The notes under the pieces were generated by a model. It was not told where the DNA came from. It saw only the letters and a list, made by a program, of their open reading frames with translations, and did not search any database. Below, piece after piece: positions 9,778 to 21,341 of a DNA stretch of 64,000 bases; position 1 is the first letter of the stretch; each line of letters begins with the position of its first letter. Made by a program: the position numbers and the translations under genes. Origin of the DNA: Camelus ferus (taxonomy: Eukaryota); contig NC_045697.1 of the NCBI RefSeq assembly GCF_009834535.1, forward strand, positions 84,260,001 through 84,324,000, written 5' to 3'.

Positions 9778-11403
9778 CCATCATTACTAACTGATGACTT
9801 TTCTTGTATGTACTAAAGTGAAAATTCTCAAGAGAGAGAACCTAACTGGTTTAACTAATTAGAATTATTGGTCTTGGACAAAGTTCTCACTTTGTAGGCT
9901 GTTCTCAAGTATATATAGATTTACTGCCCTTGGTTCAGAGTAAGATTATCTGTGATCTGGTTCAGAATAAGATTATAAGAACAGCTAGAGGTGATTCCCT
10001 CAGCAGAGCTTCTGTGTTTCAGTTCTCAAAATGCAGGATGGGGAAGGCTGTCTTGCTGAGGCTAGGCTGTCCAGCATGCCCCATTCATTCACTCCTCTGC
10101 AATGATTAATGTTCACTATGTGTTAGAGGGATATGGGGGGAGGGGTGTAGGTGTTATGACTCTATCTCTGCTCTCATGGAGCTCACAGACTAGAGGAGAC
10201 AGACAAGCAAACCGAATACAGAAAAATGGTATGATAGGTAAGCACATTGTGCTCTGGGACTGTGCTCACTGGGGACTGGGAGTGTGAAACAAACACCATC
10301 CTCACTCAGGCTTTTCTACTCTAAGGATATGTTAGGAGAAATTCAGTGCCCACTTATGTCCTTCGACATCCTTGTTATCTTGATGTCTTGTTAAAAAAAT
10401 ATCTGAAACCAAACAAGAAATGGCACTCCGTGTATACTCCTTTACCTAAAGGACTTTCTCTTGTTTGCTTTTGCGTGGTAGGAGAGTCCTGTTCTTTGGC
10501 TCTCAGATGTTTTCTCCAGTGAGTGTAGTGAGTATATCAGAATTGTTGGAAAGGAACCAGTTGCACTACCTGTAATTTAAGGCATGTGGCCTTGAAACTG
10601 GGCTGAGATCCTGGGAGAGCGGCCTTGCCTTTCTTTAGATTTCTACCACTCTTCTCCCTTCCCAGCAGTCCTAACCACTAGTTGCTGGACAAGCATTTAA
10701 GTTCCCTCTTTTCTTCCTGATATCGCAGAAGGGAGGACTTTGGTAACCCTTCATTCTAGTGAAATTCTCAGTGGGGGAGCATATGGATGAGAGAAGCCCC
10801 TGGAACACCTGTTCTTTATCCGGGACTATTAATTTGCTCCATGCCCCTAACTTCATCTTCTCCCACTGCCTTGCCTACTCTTCTCTTCCAGTCAATTCTT
10901 CAGTAATGTCTGTTACAGCCAGTAGTGTGAACTTGGGCCTGAACATCCTAGTCATACACCACCCCACATATTAGCACACACTGCACGGAAGTGTAACCCT
11001 ACCCCTAAATGACCATCCAGTTTTGAAGACAGTGATGCTGTTCTGGGTGTTCTGACTCAAACCCAGGATGAACCTGAGATCCTGAATCTGTTTGATGAAG
11101 TTCTTAGTTACCTAAGTGTCTCTACCAGTGGTATGCATCCTTGAGTACCTGATGCCTGGCACTTAGTACTTTTTAAAAATTATTTTTCATTGAAGAAATG
11201 AAAGCAGCTTTAGGGAATTGTTCAGGAAAACAGAAAAGGAGTCTTTGTATTACCTCTGATTATTATGGAAGTTGGAACTCAGGAAACGTTTAATAATTAT
11301 TTCAGGCTTCACAATATGGAATGTCAAACCTTTCTGGAACACCCCTCTAGATTCTGAAATGTGAAGACCTTGCTTTGGAAATCTTTGAAAGAATTCATGT
11401 CAT

Positions 11404-11422
11404 TGACCAGTAGATGGCAGTC
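11404..11422 (+). promoter_or_regulatory. Candidate CTCF site
   Basis: TGACCAGTAGATGGCAGTC matches the CCASYAGRKGGCRS core. Confidence 0.55.
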
Positions 11423-11477
11423 TTACGCTGTTGTTCAGGGAAAGCCAGGAGCAGCAGAAGATAAACATTTCAGAGTA

Positions 11478-11683
11478 CAGTTGACCCTTGAACAACACAG
11501 ATTTGAATTGCGTGGGTCCACTCGTACATGGATTTTTTTTCAGTAAGTACACTACACGACTGGTTGGTTGAATCCATGATGCAGAATTGCAGATACTGAG
11601 GTCCAACTGCAAAGTAATACTTGGATTTTCAATCTGGAAGAGGGTGGTGCCCCTGCACCCCACTGTTGTTCAGGAGTCAGCTG
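11478..11683. mobile_element. Tigger-derived MITE (MER8/Tigger2-like)
   Basis: Terminal inverted repeats CAGTTGACCCTTGAACAACA ... TGTTGTTCAGGAGTCAGCTG, with TA at the left flank. Confidence 0.75.
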
Positions 11684-11871
11684 TGCTGTCCATCCATCAT
11701 CATCCCTCCCTCCTGATCCCCACAAACCCCCTCCCACTTCCATTCTACCCCAGACAACTCTCTCACCCACCTAATCACCTCTCTTCAGGTACCCAGGGAT
11801 GAACTGCTGCCGGTCTCTAGTTACTCGGAGAAAAATATCTTTTATACTTGTTTATAGTCATCTCATAGGAA

Positions 11872-12033
11872 CAAGACTGGCTACATAATTTGCAAGACCC
11901 AGTATAAAATGAAAATACAGGGCTCCTTGTTCAAAATTAATTGAGAATTTTGAAACACTAACAGCAGTGCATTAAATCAAGCGCACAACCCTTCTGAGCC
12001 TGCATAGGTCACACACCCATGAAGCCAGCCATG
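11872..12033. mobile_element. hAT MITE (MER45A-like)
   Basis: CAAGACTGGCTACATAATTTGCAAGACCCAGTATAAAATGAAAATACAGGG...CATGAAGCCAGCCATG resembles MER45A, with imperfect TIRs. Confidence 0.6.
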
Positions 12034-12588
12034 CTTAAGGATTTAAAAGATATCTCTCTCTCCCCACCCAACCCCTTGTCATTTCAACACCTCCCTGTGA
12101 TATATACCAAAGGGGCTGCTTAAAGGAAGAGTCACTGACTTGTTATTCAGATATAGAATCTTAGCACTGGATCTTAGTGCTAGAACTTGTCTGGTCCAGT
12201 TAACTCATTTTAAAGATGATTGAACTAAATTCAAATGAGACTTGCCCAAAGTCCCCAGGTAGCTATGTCACAGCCTGGACCAGAGCTAAGAGTTCTCATC
12301 CACCAGCCAGGGCTCAATCTACCACACAGGTCCCATGAGGGATATTTTAAGAAGGGAGTTCTCCCATCTATTCAAGTCATTGTTGGCCCTGTTTTCTCTA
12401 AAAGAGGAGGGCACAGGTTCCTATTACTTTTATCTGTTGAGTATCAGCTATGTGCTGGGCACTATGCTAGATGTTTTATAGACAATACCTCAGTTAAGAA
12501 CAATCTCAGAAAATCATTACTATTTCCCCCATTTTTCAAGTGAGAAAAATTAAGTCGCAGAACCTGAGTTCTAGTTAGTAAGTGGAAA

Positions 12589-12702
12589 TGAGACAGGAGG
12601 GAAGGGGGCAGGGCATGGACCCTCACTTGGCAAGGTGCGAACCGGGGACCCGGCTGAAACCTGGGACAAGACCATTCTCACATGCCCCATTTTCCTGCAA
12701 CA
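12589..12702 (+). mobile_element. 114-bp miniature LTR-like insertion with 4-bp TSD, inside a MIR
   Basis: Starts TGAGACAGG and ends GCAACA; GAAA on both sides (12585-12588, 12703-12706). The flanks rejoin as MIR-like GTTAGTAAGTGGAAAGGCTAGGATTT. Confidence 0.65.
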
Positions 12703-14824
12703 GAAAGGCTAGGATTTAGGCAAGTCTGTGTGATTCCAAAACCGACACCATTTTCATTATATCACTCCTGAGTTCTAGGAAGGCTGAGGCAGCCTGTATT
12801 TCTGGAACATTGGTCTCATTTTTAATTATCTCCGGATGATCTTGGGGACTTTTATGAGGTAATCCATGTTCTTAAAATGTGCCACACTTGTTCCACAGTA
12901 TTTCCTCCACATGGAACAGTCTTCCCCCAGAGTGTCTATGAAAACAGGAACACATGTCAGATAGGCGATGAGGGATCTCATCACAAAGGGTCTTACAGGC
13001 CATTATAAGGACATTGGCTTTTTCTCTGAATGAAATAGGAGACATTGCAGTATTTTGTGCAGAGGAGTGACACCATCTGATTTAGATTTTTAAAGGCTCA
13101 TCCTGGCTGCTGTGTTGAAAAAGAGACTAAGAGGGCAGAGTAAGGAAGGTAGAAAGTAGAAGGCTTTTTAGGGATTATTACAGTAATCGGGGAAAGATAA
13201 ATGGTGACTCTTGCCAAGGTGAGAGTGATGGAAGTGAGGGGAAGTGGATGGCTTCTGGAGTTATGTATGTGTATGTATTAAATATCTAACTTTTTGTCAT
13301 GGAAAATTTCAAGTACATATAAAAGTTAGGAGAAAAGTTTATGAATTGCCATGCTCCTAATAGGTACCCAGTCAGCCTATCACGTGTCAGACACTTTCCA
13401 ACAGGTGCAACAGTTGTCAACTTGTGACCAGTCTTGTTTCATCTTTACCCCTCCCCACTGTCTCCCCATCCCTAGATTGAGGAGGAAGCAATTTGAAGGA
13501 AACCCCAGATGCCACATTTCATGTGTAAATGTTTTGGCTTTTACCACTCCAGCTGCTTCTAGCTGCCCCTCTATTCTGAGATCCACGCTGTGGCTCCTGC
13601 TTGCTCATTGCTTCGTGTTCTCATGGCTTTCACCTACTGCTTGCCCTCTTAGTCCTCTTTCCGCCTTTTTCCTTCTACCAATTGCTGTGTATTTCTCAAA
13701 CTCAGAATCTCTAAAGAGGGGTTCTTCTAGGTTCAGTTAGTTGTGTCGTTCCTTCTGCACGGAGCTTGTAAACTGGCTGAGTTGTGCTGGATTGGCTGCT
13801 TTTGGGTCAGGCACCCTCTCTTGGTCAGTCAAGCTGACATGCTATCAAGGCCCATTTCCCAAAGAGGGGTTATAGCAGTGGAAAACTTAGCAAATGATAG
13901 GCTGCTCTTCAGTTCTAATAAATAGTAGAGATTTAATGCTAGAAAGGTTATAAATTGTACACAAAAAAAGTGAGCCTGCAATGAGGCTAGAAATAGATAA
14001 GTGCCTAACCACTTAATTGCCATTATTTTACAGTCTGACCTGACTCATTTGGAGTGCTATTCTTGGGTGCCACAAAGGAATTAAGGGACATTTTAAAAGA
14101 TATTTTTGTTTATAATAGGCTGAGTAATAGCATAGATCATAATGTACTGGGCTGAAAGTCAAGACCTACATTTAGTTCCTGTGTTCATCATGGACTCTGT
14201 ACTACATTAGACAAGCTAATAAACTTCTTGTTGCCTTAATTTCTCCACTTTCAGATGAGATTAATACCTGCCCATTTCCTGTTTCACATATGTAGATATC
14301 ATAAAATCAGAGAGGTAAAAGCACTTTGAGACTTCATTTTAAAAAAAGCATGTGAAAAATCTAAATAACTACTATGTTCTATGTGAAGTTTTTAATGAAG
14401 TTGTAAAACAAACACTGGATTTAAGTTCTTGCTTTTTGCAAAAGATTACGTATTCTCTAATCTATTCATCTTCATCATGTACTCAGATGTTTTTCTTCCC
14501 ACATTGTAATGTGTCTGCCATGTTTATATAGCACTTAGAATGGTACCTGGAACTTGGTAAGAACTGTATATATGTTATCTGTTACCTTTATCAGTATGAA
14601 AAAAAATTAAAACAAAAGTCTGTTGAGTTAAATGCTTAAAAACTTGACCTCCTTCTGCGCCCTGTAATACATACTCACCTAAAATGCAGTTGCTTGAAAT
14701 ACATAAAATAGAACATCATGTGAATATATGAGTGAAAGAAAATGCTTGGGGCCCTGGAAAATTGTCAGTGTTTATGAATAAAAGGGGGGTGATACTTGGG
14801 GGTGACATTTTCGTTATCTGAGAG

Positions 14825-15010
14825 CCCGTTTGTTCTCAAAGAGGTTAGTGTACCTGCTGCATGAGAGTTACTTGGGAGTTTTCTAAAATCCCTGGTTCTG
14901 TTTCTGGAGATTCTGATCTAGTAGGATAACAGTGCAGATTAAATGTGTAATTTTTCTATTTAAGTTTCTCAGCTGATCCTGATGCTAACCCAGGTCTGGG
15001 AATCACTGAC
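14825..15010. mobile_element. MER5A-like hAT-Charlie MITE
   Basis: GTTCTCAAA...GAGATTCTGATCTAGTAGG...GGGAATCACTG. Confidence 0.5.
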
Positions 15011-15402
15011 AATGTAGAAAGATATGATACAGCTCTTTGCCTTAGTACATCATTTCTTTCCTATCATATTATTCAAAGTATGTGGTATGTCTGGGGAAAT
15101 ACACATTGGCACACCCACAAAAGACAACTGGGAGGATGTTTGTTAAAATCAGAATGGTGATTATCTCTGAGTTGTGGGTTTATGGAAATATTTATTTTGT
15201 ATTTGCCTTTCTTATTTCTAAAATTTCTGGTTGAAGGAAACAAAGGAAGATATTTACAACCAGTGCAGGATTTTAAAGCCTGCCCCCCCATGCAATATAT
15301 GTTTTCAGTTTACTGAACCCAAAACAGTCTATCAATGCATGTGTTGCATAGCTTTTTTTTTTTTTAAGGAGAGGCTACTTATAAAGCAATGTGGGAACAA
15401 TA

Positions 15403-15408
15403 TTTATT
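15403..15408 (-). terminator. FABP2: FABP2 polyadenylation signal AATAAA
   Basis: TTTATT on the plus strand, 260 nt downstream of the FABP2 stop. Confidence 0.65.
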
Positions 15409-15667
15409 CATCTGTTTTTTAAAATGTCACAAATTCTTTTTGAACACCAATAAATGTACATCTTTGAGAATGTAAAACAAGTTAAATCCTAATTAGCTTT
15501 TGCTTGTTTTGTTCTGGCCAAGACTGGAAATAAAAGCCATTGGCCAATGTTTATAAAAGGACTAATCAGTCAGCAACTTTATACTTGATGAGGAGAGAAA
15601 AACGGTCCGGATTCAATATAGATTTTCCATCTAATTTGTGTTCTGGGCTGTGCTCCAAGAACAATGC

Positions 15668-15718
15668 TCACTCCTTTTTGAAGATCCTCTTGGCTTCTAC
15701 TCCTTCATATGTGTAAGT
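15668..15718 (-). CDS. FABP2: FABP2 exon 4 (TYTYEGVEAKRIFKKE*)
   Basis: Acceptor ttttcag; 51 nt; TGA at 15670-15668. Confidence 0.96.
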   Translation of the reverse strand, partial: TYTYEGVEAKRIFKKE

Positions 15719-16105
15719 CTGAAAAGTATTAACAAACATAGAAGAATTTGCCGTTAAGATTAAAGGCTAAATTAAGAAAAATATTAGTAGTAATATAGTT
15801 TTGAAATGAGTTTATAAAGTATTTATTCTTGTACTTGATAGCAGCATTTTATACAAATACAGGATATATTCATTTAAAAACACATTTTGGTTTGTAGTCA
15901 CTTAAATTTTCAATTAAAATAGGCTTGATGTATTTGACGTATAAGTTCTCTTCAACAAACGGACATCAGAAAATATATTTTTAAAATTAGTAAGATTTAT
16001 AAGAAAAGTATAGTCTATTTTTTGATGATATAACTCAACAACCCCCCACATAAAATTATTGTTGTATAGTTATTTTTGTCTTTGGGAGATGTTTTTCCCA
16101 CTCAC

Positions 16106-16213
16106 CTGGACCATTTCACCACCGATAATTTCTCGGACAGTATTTAGTTCATTTCCATTGTCGAGCCGTTTGAATTTTCCAACAAGTTTATTTCCCTCTA
16201 GGCTCCAACTACC
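16106..16213 (-). CDS. FABP2: FABP2 exon 3 (GSWSLEGNKLVGKFKRLDNGNELNTVREIIGGEMVQ)
   Basis: Acceptor tatag, donor gtgagt; 108 nt. Confidence 0.96.
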
Positions 16214-16244
16214 CTATATAAAAATAAAGAAAATAATAATAATA

Positions 16245-16480
16245 AAATAGCAGCTTTTAGAGTCCTACATGTGTCAGGCACTATTCTGAGATCTACAGAT
16301 CTGCTCCTTCAAACTTGACTATAACCCTATGAAGTAGATATTATTATCACTATTTCACAGATGAGAAAACAGAGAGATACAGTAATTTACCTAAAGTCAC
16401 AAAGCCAGGCTTGATTCTAAGCTGTTGGGCTCTAGAGTGTGTGCTGGTAACCATTCTGCCCGTCCTACTCAGTAGTTTGC
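16245..16480 (-). mobile_element. MIR SINE in FABP2 intron 2
   Basis: ACCCTATGAAGTAGATATTATTATCACTATTTCACAGATGAGAAAACAGAG...AATTTACCTAAAGTCACA (reverse MIR core). Confidence 0.7.
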
Positions 16481-17251
16481 AAATGCCAAACGTTAAGGCA
16501 GATAGGCAGGGCCTCTTTTCTAAACCTTTCATGTTACAAAGAGTGTTCTAAATTTAGTCATGGTTCAAATTAGCTTCATGGAGAAGCTCACAAGCTTGTG
16601 TTTGTTTTAATTTATGTAATTGTTGTAGTGATTTAAAAGCAATCATAATTGATAAAATATTTGACAGTTTGCAATTGTCATTGCAAGCATGTATAATTTA
16701 ACTAGAAAAATTCTGGGGACAAAAAGTTTTTTAAATATCAGTTGAAAAATGGGCCTCTGTAAAATTTTATATCTTAAATATTAAAAGGTATATTCCCAGT
16801 GACACATATTGTATTATTAGACCTTTCCATTTGGTCACACACTCATTCACTAATTTATCCATTTATTTTATTATTTCAATTATGTTAATTAAATATCTCT
16901 TATGTTTAAGTTAGATAACTCTGAAAGCTTTTGTTGTCGTCAGGTATGTAAAGTTGAAAGCACTGAGCTTTAGTTTTCTTTATGAATACGTGTATACCCA
17001 GTCATTCAAAGGATATTTTTCTAATTCTTATTGTTTATTCCAGGTTCTTTACAGATGTGTGTGAAAATCAAAGCATTATGTTTAAAATACTCTGCCAACT
17101 TGTATGATATATAATATGGATAAACTCCATTGTCTGCTTCAGTAAATGAAGGAGACCTATATTTATTAAACCATCCAATGACAGAAAGCAGAGATTATTT
17201 TAGTACTGTGTAGAAAAATTGGCAATGCATTGCTTATAAAAAATTTCTTAC

Positions 17252-17424
17252 AGTGACTTCAGTTCCATCCGCGAGGCTGTAATTAAAAGTGACACCAAGC
17301 TCAAAAATAATTTCAATGCTTCGAAAATTGCTTGATTCTTTGACTGTGAATTTATTTCCTTCCTGTGTGATTACCAGTTTCAAATTGTCATGAGCTGCAA
17401 GCTTCCTTTTCACCACATTAATAC
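17252..17424 (-). CDS. FABP2: FABP2 exon 2 (GINVVKRKLAAHDNLKLVITQEGNKFTVKESSNFRSIEIIFELGVTFNYSLADGTEVT)
   Basis: Acceptor ttgcag, donor gtaag; 173 nt; overlaps ORF 17234..17416. Confidence 0.97.
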
Positions 17425-17705
17425 CTGCAAAGGGAAAGAGATTAGAGAAAATGAAGTCAGACTGATGTAGAAGGTGCTTATTTTTCTGAGTTCTGTATTA
17501 ATGAACCAACTAATTAATTAATTAATATTTTGAGGTTGGGAAGGAAAACCTGATAGCATTGCCTTTGCACAAGAGTATTCAGATTGCTTCTGTAGGAAAA
17601 GTTCAAGCTAAATCAGATCAAACTATTTTTCTAAAACTTAAGAAAAATTAAATAAAATGTAGAATTGTAGAATCTTAGAACTGAGTAAGTTTTTAAAAAT
17701 TATCA

Positions 17706-17996
17706 ACATTTTTCACAGACATAGAAAACAAATTTATGGTTACCAGCGGGGGAAGAGGTGGGAAGGGATAAATTGGAAGCTCAAGATTTGCAGATACTAG
17801 CTACTATATATAAAATAGATAAATAAAAAGTTTATACTGTATATCACAGGAAACTATATTCAATATCTTGTAGTAACTTATGGTGAAAAAGAATATGAAG
17901 ACGAATGTATGTACATGTATGACTGAAGCATTATGCTGTACATCAGAAATTGACACAACATTGTAAACAGACTATACTTCAATAAAAATATATATA
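17706..17996 (+). mobile_element. 5'-truncated L1 3' end in FABP2 intron 1, with 13-bp TSD
   Basis: CACAGACATAGAAAACAAATTTATGGTTACC...GACTATACTTCAATAAAAA; TSD TTAAAAATTATCA at 17693-17705 and 17997-18009. Confidence 0.8.
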
Positions 17997-18924
17997 TTAA
18001 AAATTATCATTTTAATTTCAGAGTTAAGTAAATCAAATTCCAGGAATGTCAAATGAAGGATTTTAAAACTATATTTATATATTTATAAGGATATACAACT
18101 TTAATTTTGCATATATGGTACTCTTTTTTTTTTTTAAATGCCACTTTGCTTTCCATATTGGCCTTAACACTTTGAACTTCATAATTCTTTTTGCTTTTTG
18201 TGGCATTTCTGACTGTCACAAAAATGAGAAAATTCATTATTGTAAGGATGTACCAATTCCATAAATTTAAACTTGGAATCTCTGAACTACAGTATATAAT
18301 TAACGCAGATTTTTATTTTTAAGGGATGACATGAATTTTTTTGCCCATCTTGTTCAGTATACGGGCTGCTAGAGTATTGGTATAGATATTAAAATCAGTT
18401 AAATTAAAAACTTCCATAGAAACTACATAGCATCATGAGATTATTCCAAAAGTTTTGTAAGTCAGAGGAAAAGAGAATTAAGTCTCATTTATTCAGAGCT
18501 GTGACTTTTGATAGAACTCTTTTTCATTACTTTATTATATGGTCTTTGCTTTTCCATCCCCTAGAATTCAGTGTTTCAAAGTCTGAAAGTTACCATTATG
18601 CACTGCCATATTTTACTTTCTAAACAATGCCAAAAAAAAAAAAGATCAATTTTCCATCAGCAGTTAATGTGAATGAAACATATCTGGATGTTTTTTATGT
18701 TTCAGAGAATAGCACCCAAGAGTCTTTTCTTTCACTAGTGAGGCAGTGTATTCTTCCTAATGTTAGAAGGGAGAATATGGTTTTCCCTGCTTGGAACCAT
18801 CACACTTTCTCAATCCTCACTGCCACAACAGGTGCCATTCTCTAAGCCTTGAGGTTTAGAAGGAGTTAGAAGGAAAAATGTCTGAGAAACAAAAGAACAA
18901 GCCATTAAAGTATTAAGCCCTTAC

Positions 18925-18991
18925 CCATTTTTTCCATAAACTTTTCATAGTTCTCATTTCGGTCTACTTTCCAAGTACCATCAAACGCCAT
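18925..18991 (-). CDS. FABP2: FABP2 exon 1 coding part (MAFDGTWKVDRNENYEKFMEKM-G); intestinal fatty acid-binding protein, 132 aa in total
   Basis: accATGG at 18991, donor gtaag. Exons of 67+173+108+51 = 399 nt = 132 aa plus stop. Confidence 0.97.
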
Positions 18992-19052
18992 GGTCTGCAG
19001 TTGATTCAGCCTCTAGGCAACTGGTCTCCAGTTAATTCAGCCTTTAGGCAAT
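18991..19052. repeat. 31-bp tandem duplication in the FABP2 5'UTR
   Basis: TGGTCTGCAGTTGATTCAGCCTCTAGGCAAC then TGGTCTCCAGTTAATTCAGCCTTTAGGCAAT (27/31 identical). Confidence 0.9.
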
Positions 19053-19080
19053 CAGAGATTCAGGTCTGTCCTTAGGAGAG

Positions 19081-19150
19081 AATTTATTCTCTTTCTTATC
19101 TTAGAACCAACTTCATACTGTGATGTGGAAGTTTAAAGTTCAAGGGGTCA
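19081..19150 (-). promoter_or_regulatory. FABP2: FABP2 proximal promoter: HNF4/ARP-1 DR1-type element, GATA site, TATA-like AATAAATT
   Basis: TGAACTTTAAACTT (19142-19129) matches the known 14-bp I-FABP element TGAACTTTGAACTT at 13/14. AGATAAG at 19101-19095; AATAAATT at 19088-19081. Confidence 0.75.
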
Positions 19151-20689
19151 CTTAACTACACTAATGTCACACCATTTTAGTTTCCCTAGTTTCTATGAAT
19201 TCCTTAGCTCCTCACCTAAAATTCAACTGCCTTAAAACATGATAAGCATACCTACTCTGTCTTAAACTACTATTTGTGAGCACATTTATTTCAAGAATTA
19301 GAAGGCATACTGTCTGGATAGGTTTTCTGCTTACAAGTTCAAAGTACATGTTATGTTGAATGTAACATGATTTATCAAATAACATCAGAGAAATGAGACT
19401 ATTAATGACCTATCCCTTTTTTACAATAGCAATTACCTTGTGAAGTAAGACTTAATGACTGAATACAACTGAAAAGTTAAAGTTAATATGATATTGAGGC
19501 AGAAAATTTATTTATTTTTCTAATGGTGTTCTTTTGCATTGTGTTTTGGGTTGCTAAGACTTTGGCATGACACACAATAGGTACCCATTATATTTTTGTT
19601 TTGATGTTGAATGATGATAGGCCACTAAGAAAAATTTCAAGAGGTAGAAGTGTGGCTGGATAACATGAAAACTCCCATAAGAGAGAGAATCAGCTTTAAA
19701 CATCTACCATATGCAGAGAAGACAAAAGCCAGATGTCAGCTATGCCATTAGCTAAAACCATTCCTTTGTTTTACTCTCACTCCCTCTCATCCCCAAACCT
19801 GGTGCAGTCATAAGCCAAAACTCTGTGTGTGTGGTGGGGGGTTGGGGTATGAAGGGTAGATAGAGAGGTGAAAAGAGAAGAAGGTCACTGTGGCTCTCCC
19901 TTCTCCGACTGCAGTCTTGCAATCTGGCGCAGGCCCTAGCTGGGGTCGGGGGGTGGGGGGCTTTAACTTAGCATAAAGTGCAGAGTTTTGATTATTAGTG
20001 AGCCTGAACATATTAATTACTAAGAGGAGACTATTATTGTGAGTGAATGTGACCAGAAACTCTCTTCAGTACAGAAGCTATAGGGCATGCCCAAGATTTC
20101 GTTCAGCATCAGGGGAAAGATAAATCTACTAGATTTGAGCAGGACGTTGAGGAAAAGAATTAAGTTTTGTTTTTTTTTTTAGTTTGATATCTATTGGGCA
20201 CGCTTTCAGTGGAGTTGCTCACTTTTTATTTTCTCAAGTAAGCACATTAAAAAGTAAACTACCTTCTACTAGCTCCATTATTTCATTTAAAAAGAAAAAG
20301 ATCAGAGTACACACATGTACACACTCATATACACAGAGAGAGGAGGAGAGAGAAAGTGGGTAGGTCAGGGGAGAGAGAGATCATAATTTTAGAAATAGTT
20401 ATATTTATACTTCTAGCTTTATGGAAAAAAATTGACTACCTTGTCTTTGTTTTTCTCTCTTTTCCCAAAGATAATGAAAACCTCATCATTTGGGAACCAT
20501 AACCTTTTAGTGGACTTTCAACTTGGATAAGAGAGGGAAAGTTTATGGTTACTCTAAAGCCAAGATCTAAATAGTCTTTCAGGTAATCCACTACTTACGG
20601 TGATTTGTGAATTTAGAAGGCCTTGGAGTATAGATCCAGTCTTTTTTCCTAGATTAGAAAAAACAGATGTATCTGGTCATTAGAATAGA

Positions 20690-20940
20690 AATGTAGTGTA
20701 GTAAAAAGAACATGTGTTTTAGAAACAAAGACTTGGGTTTCAGTCCTGCCTAAAACACCCATTATACACTATGCGGGGTATTGATCATATTACTCAATCT
20801 CTCTGAGCCTCAGTTTCCTCATCTATAAAATGAAGATAATAACAATACCTAATACATACATACATAGGGTTTTATGAACAAAAATTTGATAAAGCACAAA
20901 CTTAAGCAACTGATAGACATCAAGTACTCAATAAACCTTT
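20690..20940 (+). mobile_element. MIR SINE
   Basis: CTCTCTGAGCCTCAGTTTCCTCATCTATAAAATGAAGATAATAA core. Confidence 0.7.
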
Positions 20941-21225
20941 GTTCCTCGTTACATTCCTTGAGAAAGAAAATCCAACATCAATAAACTTTTGGAAGTATCC
21001 CAGGCCTCAAACCACTTTGATGTTTGGTAAAGAAAATCCATGTCTTTCTGCTGTTTATTAGAAAGTCACCTAAATTTATTTATTTAGGTATTTTGTGGCT
21101 TGCACTAGTGATTAACTTGGCACTAGGTATGACTTGGATTTGCCTGTTAAGGACAGCATGATGCTTTAGGTCCCTCTGGGAATACATCTTTCCTTTCTGT
21201 GATCTCACAGCAATTGAAGTAAAGT

Positions 21226-21341
21226 GGGGATATATAGCTCAGTGGTATAGTGCATATTTAGCATGCGCATGGTCCTGGGTTCATAGCATGCTCACGGTCC
21301 TGGGTTCAATCTCCAGTACCTCCATTAAAAAAAAAGAAAAA
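21226..21341 (+). mobile_element. tRNA-derived camelid-type SINE (Vic-1-like) with an internal 25-bp duplication
   Basis: GGGGATATATAGCTCAGTGGTATAG (A box)...GGTCCTGGGTTCAATCTCCAGTACCTCCATTAAAAAAAAA; flanked by AAAGTG-like TSD. Confidence 0.8.

Noticed and set aside
21226..21325. Possible tRNA gene (also 61770-61849)
   Set aside because: A and B boxes are present, but there is no acceptor stem and there is an A-rich tail; these are SINEs.
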